Source: the human T2T-CHM13v2.0 reference genome, Homo sapiens. Taken from it: DNA of 64,000 bases. The notes under the pieces are model-generated. The model was not told the origin of the DNA. It saw only the letters and a list, made by a program, of their open reading frames with translations, and searched no databases. Shown here in pieces: positions 1 to 14,196 of this stretch. Position 1 is the first letter of the stretch; each line of letters begins with the position of its first letter. The translations under genes and the position numbers were made by a program. The stretch lies in the NCBI RefSeq assembly GCF_009914755.1, contig NC_060939.1; one strand, written 5' to 3'.

Positions 1-799
1 TAACACATATTAGCATAGGACAGGGGAACATCAAGATTGACTTGCAGCCCTTCTCTAGGCTTTGAGAAACCCTACGTCTTTATTTGTTAGCACCAGATTA
101 AGAGGAGAAATCAACTCCAAATTTCAGTGTAATTTATGAAAGCAATATTTAGACTTCTAATCGAACAAATCTCTCTTAAGTCAAAACTATGGCGGCACCA
201 TGAGTGAAAGATCCAAATTATTTTTATTCTTCTTCTCTTCATTGTACTCTTTCTCTAATCCTTGCTTCTCATTTATTTAACAGACATTTATTATGCATTT
301 ACCATGTCCCTTGAATTTTGCTGGCACCATTTGTTAGTCTCTAGTAAGAAAAACTAGCAAAACTTAAATATTAGTAATACTAGAAAAAAATGTACTTTCA
401 ACACATTGATAAAATTTATCAGTCATGCTGAAGGATAATTTATGGACAACAAAGAAAAGTTTCTTAACAAATTAAATAATAATGAAGATAAACAGATGAT
501 GGATAGATATCAATCTTATACCTAAAAAAGAAATTACATTTAGAGTCGTATCAATTAGACATGGCAAGAACAGTACCAAAATTATATCCGGTGTTTTTAT
601 TTGACATTGTTCGTGAAATTTTGACTAATTTCAAAAAGATGTAAAGCAGTAATTATGTGTTATTATTAGGAAAGATAAGAGAAAATTATGATAATTTACA
701 ATTGATACTGTTGTGTACCTGGAACTTCACTATACAAAAAATCAGCACATAAATGTGAGAATAAGAGAGTTCAATAAAATGATGAAAGATGGGATCATT

Positions 800-1045
800 T
801 TTTCAGCTGTTCATTTCAGAAACTTTTACATCTGTAAGAGCTGAAAGAGTAGTACAATGAACACTTGCATTTTTAACCATGATTCACCAACTGTTAAAAT
901 TTTGCTACATTGGCTTTTTTTCTCATTTGATTCATATTTCTATTTGTTTGTGTATTTTTCTCTCTCTTTTTTTATTTTTTGGCTAAGACATTTGAAAGAA
1001 AACTGAAGACATTGCAACACTTGATTTCTAAAACTCCAGCATGTA
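800..1045 (-). mobile_element. L1MC-type 3' end fragment, antisense
   Basis: 'gctgaaagagtagtacaatgaacac...gattcaccaactgttaaaattttgctacatt...catttgaaag' resembles the L1MC4/5 3' end in reverse. Confidence 0.6.
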
Positions 1046-1147
1046 TACAAAAGTATTTTAAAAGTTGATATCTTCTCATAGGTAAAAAATAACTAGTTAG
1101 AACGCAAAATGAAAAATGTATCATTTGCAGTAACAACAAAAAATTAA

Positions 1148-1889
1148 TGTCTTAGCCCATTAGGGCTGCTATAACAAAATGCCAGAAACTGGGAAGCTTA
1201 TAAACAATAACAATTGATTTCTCCTAGTTCTGGAGGCTGGGAAGTTTAAGATCAAGGCACCAGCAGATTTAGTGTCTTGTGAGGAACCACTTCCTGGTTC
1301 ACAGATGGTGTCTTCTTGCTATGTCTTCACATGGTGGAAGGGCAAGGCAGCAGTCTGGGGCCTCTTTTATAAGGTCATTGTATTAGTCCGTTCTCACACC
1401 ACTAATAAAGACATATCTGAGACTGGGTAATTTATAAAGGAAAGATGTTTAATTGACTCACTGTTCAGCATGGCTGGGGAGACCTCAGGAAACTTACAAT
1501 CATGGCAGAAGGGAAAGCAAACACATCCTTCTTCACATGCTGGCAGCAAGGAGAAGTGCAAGCAAAAGTGGGGAAAGCACCTTATAAAACCATCAGATCT
1601 TGTGAGAACTCACTCACTATCATGGGAACAGCAGCATGAGGGTAGCCACCCCTAAGATTCAATTACCTCCTACTAGGTCCCACCCACGACACGTGGGGAT
1701 TATGGGAACTACAATTCAAGACGAGATTTGGGTGGGGACAGAACCAAACCATATCTGTCACTAATTCCATTGATTAGTGCTCCACCTTTCTGACCCAATG
1801 ACCTCCTAAAAGGCCTCACTTCCAACCACTTTCAGGGGTTGGATTTCAGCAGATGATTTGAGGAGGACACAAACATTCAGACCATAGCA
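1148..1889 (-). mobile_element. MLT1A-type MaLR solo LTR, split by THE1
   Basis: Starts 'tgtcttagcccattagggctgctataacaaaat', ends 'gacacaaacattcagaccatagca'; the two halves flank the THE1. Confidence 0.85.
1379..1756 (-). mobile_element. THE1 (THE1C-like) solo LTR
   Basis: 'tgtattagtccgttctcac...gggtggggacagaaccaaaccatatct'; 5-bp TSD gtcat/gtcac. Confidence 0.93.
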
Positions 1890-2189
1890 ATAAATGGCCT
1901 TATTGAGAAATACATTAGACCTAAATGAAAAAAACTATTAAAAATTTACTAAAATACATCTAAAAAATTATATTCCTGGATAAAAGATAACACATAATGT
2001 AATACCATTTTCCCAAATTAATTTATATGTATATATTATACAAAATCCAATCAGAAGTGTATTGTGATATTTTTAAAAACAACAAAATATTTCTAATGTT
2101 GATCGGAAAGAAAGATCAGGCAAAAATCTGACATACAGCTTTGAAAAGAAGTATGTAAAGACTAATTCCACATTTAGGCTTCCTAGTGA

Positions 2190-2415
2190 ACTAGAGACCA
2201 TAAATTCTGAATTAGCACCAAATTTGAGTCTCAGTATATCACTACAACTTGTTTGACCTCTGAAGAATGATTTAACTTCTCAGAATTTCTGGTTTCTCAG
2301 CTATAAAATAGATGTGAAGATGCCTGTCTTGCATAGCTATATGAAGATTCCAAGCAACCCACTTTAAAAATCTAGCATAATCTCCAGACAATGAAGAAAA
2401 ATTCAATATCTGTTT
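2190..2415 (+). mobile_element. MIR
   Basis: Core-like 'tgtttgacctctgaagaatgatttaacttctcagaatttctggtttctcagctataaaatag'. Confidence 0.7.
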
Positions 2416-2599
2416 TAGAGGTTATTTTTTGGTCTTTGGAGACTATAATCAATTTGGGTCCAAAATAAATTTCAGCTTTATGTAAAGATTATTACCAAAA
2501 AACTTATAAAATTTAAAAATTAAGAAATAAGGAAAGATAAATTGTAGAAAAAGAAAATATAAACTAAAATTTATCAAATCCCTGGAATAAAGACTTTTA

Positions 2600-2918
<319 letters not shown>

Positions 2919-2982
2919 GCGATGTAATAAATTATTAAAAATTATGCATAGAAAAATTTCTGGAAGAAAACATATCCAAATT

Positions 2983-4160
2983 CAGTCATGCACTGGACCG
3001 CATATATGATGGTGGTCCCATGGTATTGCAATGGAGTTGAAAGATTTCTACTGCCTAGTGGTGGTAGCCATCCTAACATTGTAACACAAGGAATAACTCA
3101 CATGTTTATAGTGACACTGGTGTAAACAAATCTACTACACTGTCAGTCTTATAAAAGCATAGCACATACAATTATATAGAGTAGCTAATACTTGCTGATG
3201 ATAGTAAATGACTATGTTACTTGATCTATGTATTATTTACTTTTTATCATTAGTGTGTTCTTGTCTCATAAAAAGAAAGTTCACTGTAAAACAGCCTCAG
3301 GCAGGTCCTTCAGGAGGAATTTCAGAAGCAGGCATTCTTATCATAGGAGATGACAGCTCTATGTGTGTTATTGCCCCTGAAGACCTTCTAGTGGGACAAG
3401 ACGTAGAGATGGAAAACGGTGATATTGATGATCTTGAACCTGTGTAGGCCTAGGCTAATTTGTGTGTTCCTGTCTTCATTTTTAACAAAAAGTTTGAAAT
3501 GTTAAAAAAAAAAAAAAAACTAAAGAGAAAAAAGCTTATAAAGTAAAGATATTAAGAAACAAAATATTTTTGTACAACCATAGCAATGCATTTGTGTTTT
3601 AAGCTGTTACTTAAAAGGATTCAAAAAGTTTACCATTTTTTTTAAGTTTACAAAGTTAAAAAGTTAGAGTAAGCTAAGGTTAATTTATTATTGAAGAAAG
3701 AAAAATATTTTTTATAAATTTAGTGTAGCTTAAGTGTACAGTGTTTATAAAGTTTAGAGTAGTGTACAGTAATGTCCTAGGCCTTCACATTCACTCACCA
3801 CTCATTCAATGACTCACCCAGAGCAACTTCCAGTCCTATAAGCTCCATTTTTGATAAGTGCGTAATACAGGTATACCCTTTTTTTGTGTTTTATACTGTA
3901 TTTTTACTGTATCTTTTCTATGTTTAGATCTGTTTGGATACACAAACTCTATTATATTATAATTACCTACAGTATTCAGTACAGTAATGTGCTATATAGG
4001 TTTGTAGCTTAGGAACAATATATACCATATAGACTAGGTACATAGTAGGCTATATCATCTAAGTTTGTGTAAGTACACTCTATGATGTTCACACAATGAC
4101 AAAATCACCTAATAATGCATTTCTCAGAACATATTCCACCTGTTAACCAATGCATGACTG
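2983..4160 (+). mobile_element. Tigger3b (GOLEM-derived) DNA transposon
   Basis: TIR ends 'cagtcatgca' and 'tgcatgactg' followed by TA; internal 'aaacagcctcaggcaggtccttcaggagg'; about 1.2 kb. Confidence 0.9.
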
Positions 4161-4539
4161 TACATTCATCACTGGGTAAATAGTCAAATGAATGAATGAG
4201 TTGATTGATTGGAAGTAAATTTCTAAGCTGGTGAGAAATCTGATGAGAAGGCTGACAGCTGTGGGAAGGATGGACTTGTAGGCAACATAAAGAAGAGACA
4301 TTAGAAGTCCATTGCACAGGTAATAAATGACGGACCTGCTTTGTGAAAGTGTGACTAGAGCTAGAAGCGTAAGTCAGCTAATCTGCTGTGTGCTTGATGC
4401 CAAATTATAATATCAGTCCCTTAGCTCTTTTACAGTGCCTCTAGTTTACTACTACTGTCTATTTTCTCATTACTCTTCACAGAAACCAGCATATCATTTG
4501 TCTTATCTGTTCAGTGCCTATGCAATGCTTGGCATAAAA

Positions 4540-4710
4540 AGGGGGAGAATAAATAAGAAGAAAGAGGTACAGAGAAGGAGTCAGAAAGAAAAGGAAAGAA
4601 GGAAATCAAAATAGAAAAGAGAAAAGGTGGGAAAGAGAGACAAAAGAGAAACATTAGAGAGAAGAAAAGACAGCCAAAAAAGAAACAGGTGAGAAAAATA
4701 CATAGGGACA
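4540..4710. repeat. GA-rich low-complexity tract
   Basis: Purine-rich run following a short L2-like 3' end. Confidence 0.7.
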
Positions 4711-5560
4711 ACTAAAATATTTTATGGGTAAGAAAAAGAGTTGAAGAATTTTAAAGATACTCATAACTGAAATAGTGTCTATTCATGTGAGGCAAATCAT
4801 CAGGAATGTTTCATTTATGGTTATTTCAATGATTTGCACTTAATTCCTATTAAGTTTCCTCCTCCTTTCATCCTTGTCTCAATTTCTTTTGCTTTTATGG
4901 AGTGGATCAGTCAGCAGATGAATTTCCCAAATACGGTCAATGGACCATTACTGCTACTAGACTCATGTGGGCTCATGGTCCCCTCTAGCTCATAGGGGCA
5001 TCGCTCAAGTTTCCAAGTTGTCCTCAGTCCTGGGGCAGAAGGAAACCACTTCCCATTGCAGCCAAAATTTTTCCTATGCTATTTGAATTCGCACTTTAAA
5101 TAACACAGGTTAATAAGGATATTGAACAACTTGGTCAGTACCAAGGGGCTAACACTGCTATTATTTGCTAAAGGCGATATAATTTGATCTAGTACATTTC
5201 CATTTACTTAACTATAGATCCTTATTCTCAGTACTGAATATAAATATCTTCTTGCCTGCTGGGAGCAGTTTTTTTTGAAAAGATGTTATTTTTATCTATT
5301 TGAATAACTCAGGAAAAGAATATAGATCATCACCTCAGATTAAAAAAAAAAGAAAAAGGGAAAAGTTTTATTTTCATGAGCCCCACTGACCACATCATTT
5401 ACTAGTGTTGGCAAGGGTGCAGCACCTTATGAGTAAAAACAGCACTGCTGTCGCCCCTCAAGAGGTTATTTTTTTATATCCAACACATTTGAGGAGTGTT
5501 GTTTATTACAGCTTGATAAATATTTTTAAAGACTTACTTTGATGGAAGCTATGCTTCTTC

Positions 5561-5909
<349 letters not shown>

Positions 5910-6647
5910 TAGCATCTGCAAATCAGTAGCATTTATGAGCTGGAAAAAGATAGCCAGGCATGAAGTTGTGCATGACATCCAGTGAAAATGTACCACTTTT
6001 GCCATTAAAATTGCACATGGATATCTAAGAGAAGTTATTATTTCTCTTAAAAGCTCTTGTCTTCCTGGTGCATCTGTGAGATACTACTGCACCTCTTGTG
6101 TATGTATGCTGCATTCAAGACAACATTATAGGCAGAATCTTAAATTCTCAAAAGATATAAATTGAAGAATAATTATGTACAATTCAAAAGAACTTTTTAA
6201 CATAAATTTTTTAATAGATGGCTCCCTTTGTGCATTTAAGATATTATTTCGTATACAGAACTGTGGCCTACATGCAATCTATCAAAATCACATCTATTGG
6301 GTAAAGTGAGATTTATCGGTAAGTAGTATTTAAAGAATATGATCAGAATGCATGCAACAAAAGTATGAAAATAAATGAAACCACCTTAAAACTTACTCAT
6401 TTTTGAATTTCAAGATCCTTGGCCAGTATACAAGACAGGCAAGTATTAATTTGAATTTGCACATAGAATTTAAAATAAGAATCAATATTTTCTTCTTGCA
6501 TAATTGAAAGACTATTCGATTATTAGCTAGATTACTGACCATGGGCATACTGGACATCAGCTCCCAAACCTATTTCTATCCTTTGAGACTAATAAAAGGT
6601 TTGGGGCCAGGTGCATTTCAAAAAAAAAAAAAATTCTAATACACCCA

Positions 6648-6832
6648 TAGTCCTCAAAGAGTGGTTTGCAGACCAACAGCATAAGCATCACCTGAGAATT
6701 TGTTAGAAATGCAAATTATCAAGCTCCACCCCATACTTAATAAACAGAGACTCTGGGAGGGTGGTCCAGAAACGTATGGTTTAACAAGCACTCTAGATGA
6801 TTCTGAAACACACTGAAGTTTAAGAAGTACTG
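6648..6832. mobile_element. MER5A (hAT-Charlie MITE)
   Basis: 'agcatcacctgagaatttgttagaaatgcaaatt...tttaacaagcactctagatgattctga'. Confidence 0.85.
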
Positions 6833-6972
6833 AAGTAAACTATAAAGAGATTCCTAATCTATGCATACATCAGTTTACTGCTTCAGACAGTTATTTTCAA
6901 ACTCTGTTTTCTGGAATGCTAACTTATGTCCCAAGGTCCTCTGATGGGGAGTTGTGAGGAGTGAAGAAATAT

Positions 6973-7401
<429 letters not shown>

Positions 7402-7469
7402 TTACGGAGGAGAGGCAGGAAGGAAAGAAAAGGGAGACTGTAGTTTCAGTTAAAAAATAATTTACAAAA

Positions 7470-7800
7470 TATATACAACAATCAAAATGAATGAATTTAC
7501 CGTGTGGATATTCATAATGCAGCAATATAGAAAATCTTAATAATTTTATATTAAAAATGTCACTAATGTCTACATAAAGCATATTTTTAAAGCTAAAAAT
7601 AATGAAAATAAAATATAAATATGCTTTTTAGAAATACAGTTAGATGGGATAAAATGATATAAGAAGCAATGCAAGAGAACAATGATCACAGGACTTGGGA
7701 TGGTGATTGCATTAGGTAAGAAAAGACAGATGAGGGGACTGAGGAGAACCACATAGCCAGACAGAAGTTACTGTCAAGGCCTCAACTTGTGTGTTGAAAA
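7470..7800 (+). mobile_element. L1ME-type 3' end remnant
   Basis: Degenerate 'aatcaaaatgaatgaattta...aaaatcttaataattttatattaaaaa'. Confidence 0.45.
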
Positions 7801-9009
7801 GTGGACTCATGACTGACTGTGTAACACACTGCATGAATGAATACATTTACAGGGTCATAAGTGGATTAATGATGACCAAAGATTATTGGAGTCCAATTTT
7901 ATGTACCTGATGTCCATTAAAATATTATAAAAATTCTAATAGTGGAATTATGAAAAATGCACTTGAAACTATCAACAAAATCATTCCAAAAATAAGAATT
8001 CTTCATTATAATATGTTATTTTAAAGACAATAATAAATAAATTAAATAAACGTCCTTACATAGAAATTTATTATACAGTCTTCATCTATGAGTTGTTTAT
8101 ATTTAACAAAAAAAGGAAATGTAACAAATTCCAGTCCTAGGCAAGATGGACAAAAATACAATGTGTCTTCAAGACCTTGCTCTGCCATTTTTTGGTGCCA
8201 TTTTGCTTCCATGTTTATCTGATTCCTAGATTTTCAGGGCTCTCATCTACGGGGAATGGAGATAGAGGGGTCACTAAGCTTAGTTACCCTAAATACAATG
8301 TATTGGTTTCAGCCACTTCCATCAAACCCAATCTTGTGTGCGTCTATTGCCTGAGGCCCTTCTGCTGCATAACTATGAGTAGCAATTATTCAAATAAGCT
8401 AATTAATCCTTACAAACTAACTAGCCACCAGCTACTAGTTAACCCCTCTTCAAGGGATGGCTTAAGCTGGTTGAAATGTATAGCTCCTTTATAGACCCTT
8501 ATGGATAAACGAATATTTGGAATTTGGAACTCTGTGGCACGCTGTGGAGGAAGATATTTTACAACAGAGAAATTCTTCAAAGCATACCACCTAAGCAGCA
8601 CTCTCTTATTATATGTAAGATTGACCAGTAGGTAATTTTCATTAATACAGGTTATTTCAAATGTATGTGTATAAGTACTAGGTGGTGATGGAAGCTGAAA
8701 CGATTCAGTCCAGAAGGCTGGACCATGTTACTACTAAATCACTTAAATTCTGCGGAATAATCACATGCCAGTGGGACCAAAGGCATTTTCCCATATTTAC
8801 CTCTTTTCTCACTGGGCTGTAATTGAAGGATGCACAGATATCCTGTTTCTTAAGTTACGTGGAAAAGGAGAGGTCATACTAAATGAATAGGCTTGATCTA
8901 AACAGACCCCAATTTACATACAACATTATTTTAAAACATAGATTGGTTAGACTTGCATTTTCTTTTTACCCATTGCAATGAAATGAGAAATGGATTCTGT
9001 TAAATCAGA

Positions 9010-9063
9010 GATAGCTACATAGATAGATATAGATGTATAGATAATAGATAGATAGATACAGAT
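9010..9063. repeat. Degenerate (TAGA)n
   Basis: Imperfect tagataga units seen directly. Confidence 0.8.
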
Positions 9064-9779
9064 GCATTACCTAATAATACGTAAAAATATTTAATTATAT
9101 TCACTTTCAAAGGAATGCCATCTAAAAATCACAATATTATACTCTTAACTGTCTTGACTCAAATGTCTTTAGACACTTATACCATAAGCATCTCTTTCTC
9201 CATTATACATGAGGGCAAATTCCTTCAGGGTAGATAACAAATTTTTTCCTACTTATGAAAACAAAATCACTAAATAGATTTAGTTCAAGATGTTGCAAAA
9301 AGGAATTTCTCTTTGCAGTAAAATCAGATAATCAAACTTTTAAGAAAGCTATACATGAGCTAAGAACATATTTATAATATAAATTACTTAGCAAATGGAA
9401 CCAAGATTTGAAGTGGCATGGAAATGCATTACTTCCACAAGAGGAAAAAAAAAAAAGAAAGGGTGATCATTTATTCACAGGCACAGATTCGAGCCAGATA
9501 CCCATAAAAAGTTAATGGGGGAACTCACAACCTCGTAAAAAGCTGTAGAAGAGCATCCTGGCCCACATCAAATCACCATACACATCCGCTGTGTGTGGTA
9601 TATGTTATATGTCTTAGAGGATTGAAATTATGCATATAAAAGGCTACTAGTAGGTAAAATTACAGATATTCACTAGCCTGGATAGCTATCATATTTAAGG
9701 CACCTTAATCTCAGCATTTTTGGTGAGAACCCTGTCAAATATAACTCAAGAACTTACTGTTAATGTTTTCTTGTTAGCC

Positions 9780-9918
9780 CGAATTTATAGGAGATGCAGA
9801 TGAAATCCGTTCCAGACCTCCAAAGAAAATTAGCCTTTCTCTGACACACTCCTCAAAATCCTTCCAGACTTGACCCACTATTCACCACGGCAGCACATCA
9901 CCTCCAGGTACCAAAATC
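9780..9918 (-). mobile_element. MLT1 internal sequence, 5' start
   Basis: The minus strand reads LTR end 'ctaataca' then 'gattttggtacctggag', the typical MaLR internal start. Confidence 0.65.
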
Positions 9919-10472
9919 TGTATTAGTTATCTATGGCTGAGTAAAAATTTTCCCAAAACAAAACTTGATGACTTAAAACAACATTTGTTCCCACTGGTTC
10001 TGTGGTTAGAAAGCCAGGCTTGGCTTAGATGAGTTCCCTAACTCAAGGTTTCTCACAGTGTCACAATCAATGTGCTGTGACGGACATCTCAAGGCTGGAC
10101 CAAGGGAAAATTGACTTTCAAGCTGGCTCACTGGTGAGTGGCTGGTGGTGGGCCTCAGGTCTTCACTGGCTATTAGCATGGCACCAGTTCCTTGCTATCT
10201 TGTTCTGTCTATTGGGCCACTCACAACATGGTATCTTGTTTTTCTCAGGGCAAGGGCTCAGAGAGAGAGACCATGAGAGAGCCAGCAAGATGGAAGTCAC
10301 CATCTCTTTGTAACCTTATCTTGGCAGTGATATCTCATCACTTTTGCAGTGTTCTCTTCATTAGAAGAGGGTCACGGTGTCCAGCTCACATGTGAGTGGA
10401 GACACATTACACAAAGCTATGAATTCCAGGAGGGGGGATCTTAAGGAGCCATTGTACAGGCTGCCTATTACA
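9919..10472 (-). mobile_element. MLT1F-like MaLR LTR
   Basis: 'tgtattagttatctatggctg...agagagccagcaagatggaagtcac...ggctgcctattaca'. Confidence 0.85.
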
Positions 10473-11428
10473 GAGATATTCTTGTACGGTAATGAAGGAA
10501 TTTGTCACACATTTCTAATTGTCCAGGAATTGTACAAAATTTCTGAATAGATAACATTTGACTGTAGCGTTGTATCTACATCTAGATTGTTAATTAAATC
10601 TAAGACAGTCTATCTATAGAGTTTTAAAGATCATATAAAAGTAGATCTAACTATGTATCGATGGTAAGGGAAGAGGTCCCTGAAGAAATGACTTTTCAAC
10701 TGTCACCTGAAGGGCAGTGCAGCCAGTGATGACTGCATGGAGGTTAGGATGCAGGAAGGAAGAGCTGAATTTAGAAAACAAGGGAGAAAAGAAGAATCCT
10801 ATTCAGAACCCTGTGTTTCTTGGCTACTACTTTTTCTTCCTCGTGTTCATCTTTTGTGCCAAGATCTATTAACTTATTGTACTAATTTAAGGGACAGATT
10901 TATTCACTTTGATATAGTTGAAGAACCTAAAGTTTAATGAGTTTGGAGCCCCAGTGATTTGAAAAAGAATGTAAGGAAGAAGGAGAATGAGGGAGAGGGA
11001 GAGAGAAGGGGGCAGGGGAGGAAGACGAGGGAGAGGAAAAATTGTGAGGCAGAGAACCAAGATAAGGAAAGGATGTTTCAGTGCATTCCTTTGTCTTCAC
11101 TTCTGAAAGATTCTATATAGGTAGAAGAGAGGGTCTTTGCAAGAACATGCACTAGAGTATTTCTTGGTGAAAAGTTATTTGTGGGGTTAATCAAATTGGA
11201 GTTCAAGTCACAGTCAATAATACAAACCCAAACTATCAAATAAGGGAGCTGCTGGAAATCAGAATGAGTACCCCTGAAGAAAGTTAAAAACAAAACAAAA
11301 CAAACATGAAGACCAGCCACCATCCAGAGTGGAGGGAGAAGGAGGGAAGGTATCTGAGGTGACAAAGGTAGAGGAAAGGTTACATAGGGTGAATAAGGAG
11401 AACCCAGTGATTCCAGCTCCTTGAAGAT

Positions 11429-11562
11429 GCAGAGAATGTCTGAGTGCCTTATACATATTTTTCTGTACCAGCTTTTTACATTTCAGATGTTGTTGGCAGA
11501 GAATGTCTGAGTGCGTTATACATATTTTTCTGTACCAGCTTTTTACATTTCAGATGTTGTTG
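11429..11562. repeat. Tandem duplication, 2 x 67 bp
   Basis: 11429-11495 and 11496-11562 are identical except for one base (gcctt/gcgtt). Confidence 0.97.
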
Positions 11563-13507
11563 GTATTTCTGTCTCCATTTGAATGTAGTTCACAGGTGAA
11601 ATCCTTCCAGTGCAGGTCACCTACTTACAGAGTTCTGAAATACAAAACCATTTTGGCCCTCGTCTCACTCTACAGACCTGACAATCAGCACTGGTGTGCC
11701 AGCTGTAGCCCTGGGTTTCCCCTGGTTATTCTGTTTCTAGCTGGTTCAACTGCTCACACTTCCTAATAACTCCCGTCTCCCACTGGCTTGCCCGTGGACC
11801 AACTAATGGAGACAGAAAATATCTACTGCCATGTTACCTAGAGTGTGTCCCATGGAGCAGAAATCCATGTTTTACTGAGCAAAAATAACTTTCAGAGTTA
11901 AAAATATTTATTTATAATAGGAGCATTTAATAAGTCAATGCACATGGTTAATTTCAAAGAGGAAAATATAAATGTATTATTTTTCAAAGGTATTTAACAT
12001 GAGGATACACTTTTTCCTGGTGAACTGATGATGTTGAAAGGATTCTCCTTTTGGAAATGTTGATCATGTATAGCTTTATACTCTCTAAGTGCATTATAGG
12101 TTTGGTGATGTTTAATTGACAATGTAAGATTGTAGTGATCTAGAGGGTTACCAGGATGTCTTGGCCAGTAGTTGAAAAGACAGAAATGATATGATAATTT
12201 CTTAATCAGCTCTCTTGGACATGAAAATAAAACAGAAGCTTCCCAATCCTGGAAAGTTTTTTCATGATTATGTTGAAGAGGAATTTGTGTAGTCATCTGA
12301 GCAACATTTTCTACTCTTTACTTAGTAGATATCTTGGCAATCCTGGTTTCTGATGACAACAGTGCACTTAAACAAAACTTATGAACATATACACATTTCT
12401 GGTGTCTTAAATAATAATTTCAGTGGGTCTTATACACAGTTTCACATATGATCACTCACATTAAAAAAAATAGTCATAAAATGACTAGATCTTTATGTAT
12501 AATATCTAATCCCTTGGTAAACTTCCTTTGGGCCAGAACATTTTGATATAGCTTTTTCTTCATCCCGTGCCAGTACGGTAAATAATTAAACACACTGTCC
12601 ATTTAATTTCAGAGCATGAATAAATTCTATAATGGGTAGATTGCAAATCTTAGAGTAGGGGTTTTTTCACTGCAAGGACCATGATAATATAGTAAGAAAT
12701 TTCAAGTCCATAAAATGTCATAGTCCAGAGGAAGAGCAGAGCTTGTCTTCAGAATCTTCTCCTTCAGTACACTTAATGCTATTAAGAATCTTTCAGTGTT
12801 TATTTTATTGACTATACTGCTTTCTGGAAAACAACCAATTCACAAAGTAGTTCAAAGGTTAGTTACAAGATAAACTAATAGCTATGCTAAGCTATTACTT
12901 TGTAGAGCCAATAAAAAAAAGAAATAAACTATATTATTTTCACAATCTATGTGGTTAGCCCCAACAATGCCAAATCAATAATAAAAGATTTTTATTTAAA
13001 CTTCCCCCTCCTTTCCCCTCTCTGTTTGTGAAATTTTATCCCAACAGGGAAATCTCCTTGGAATATACCGTAAATATAAAAAAGCAAGAATGGACAATGT
13101 AATAAATGTTTTATTTTCGTTTGTTAATAGATGGTGAAGTTCAGCTCACTTGTGGTTTGACCTTATCCTAGTACATAGACAATTTTTCTTAAAAATAGCT
13201 TTCCTATAACGCCAGCCATCTCAAACTTCTGCACTCACCCCAGGGAAATAGATCCATCATGCACACACATAGACACACAAAAATAAGCAGTAATTGCAAT
13301 ATAACATTATTTCATAGATCTTTATATGCTACAATTAAAATCATATGGCCCCAAACATTATAGTCACACATATAAGGACCTGATAAAATTCGTGATCCCA
13401 CATATCCTCTATACTATGGCATCAGATAAAATTTTTTAGATGTTTCACTGCGATATTAATGTTAATAAAATTGCTAATAATAAATTATAAATATTTAATT
13501 TTTATTG

Positions 13508-13648
13508 CAGTGATTTTCATCTAGGGTACACAATGAGATCAGACCCAGGTATTCAGATTGAATAGGTTTGGAGTATGGCTCAGGCAGCTGTATTTTTTGA
13601 AGTTCCACAGGTGTTCCTGAAAAAAATTTAAGGCTTAAAACCACCACC
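13508..13648. mobile_element. MER5-family fragment
   Basis: 'aataggtttggagtatggctcaggcagctgtattttttgaagttccacaggtg'. Confidence 0.6.
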
Positions 13649-13649
13649 T

Positions 13650-13840
13650 TATTAAACCCTTATTGTGTGGTGAGCCCTGTGTTAAGTAATTTACATTCAT
13701 TATCTCATTTAATTTTTATGACTATATTGGGTAAGTTTTATTATCTCCATTTCACAGATAAAGATACTGACACTTATAGGTTAAATAATTTGTTCAAGGT
13801 TTCCCAGAGCTGAGATTTAAACCTGGATTGTATAAATCTG
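13650..13840 (-). mobile_element. MIR
   Basis: 'attatctccatttcacagataaagatactgacac...aggttaaataatttgttcaagg'. Confidence 0.85.
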
Positions 13841-13949
13841 TGTGAAAGTAAATATATAATTCTGAAATTTTATCATATAATTCCTCACATAAATAAAAAT
13901 AAGACCAAGAAAAACTAATATGAGTTAACGAAAATTCACATTAAAATAG

Positions 13950-14196
13950 TAAATGCTCTCCCTAAATTGACTCCTTCTACACACCGTTCCATAATTCACT
14001 CTCACTCTCCTCCAATCCATTTTCCATCCTGCAGCACGGTGATCATTTCAGAAGCCAAGCTGATAGAGTTACCGAGGCCCGGAGCTCTCAACTGCATGGG
14101 ATCATGTTTGGTTTTGCTCCCCATTGCGTCCCTATCCTTGTCATGATACCTAGTGCGTGATGAGAGATGAACAAATATCTGTTAAATAAATAAATG
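13950..14196 (+). mobile_element. L2 3' fragments
   Basis: 'ctccaatccattttccatcctgcagc' and terminal 'aacaaatatctgttaaataaataaatg'. Confidence 0.7.

Larger units (their letters stand above)
350..2150 (+). mobile_element. Ancient L1 (L1M-type) ORF2-region remnant, interrupted by three later insertions
   Basis: A-rich degenerate similarity to L1 ORF2 (e.g. 'ttgatactgttgtgtacctgga', 'tcatttgcagtaacaacaaaaaa', 'taccattttcccaaattaatttata'), resuming after each insertion. Confidence 0.6.

Noticed and set aside
5440-5468. CTCF-like GC patch (and a similar one at about 52892-52908)
   Set aside because: Spacing differs from the CCASYAGRKGGCR core by an extra base.
8801-8842. 42-nt minus-strand micro-exon candidate (DICASFNYSPVRKE) with a GAG|GTAAAT donor
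   Set aside because: The acceptor is purine-rich and the peptide is unrecognised; likely chance.
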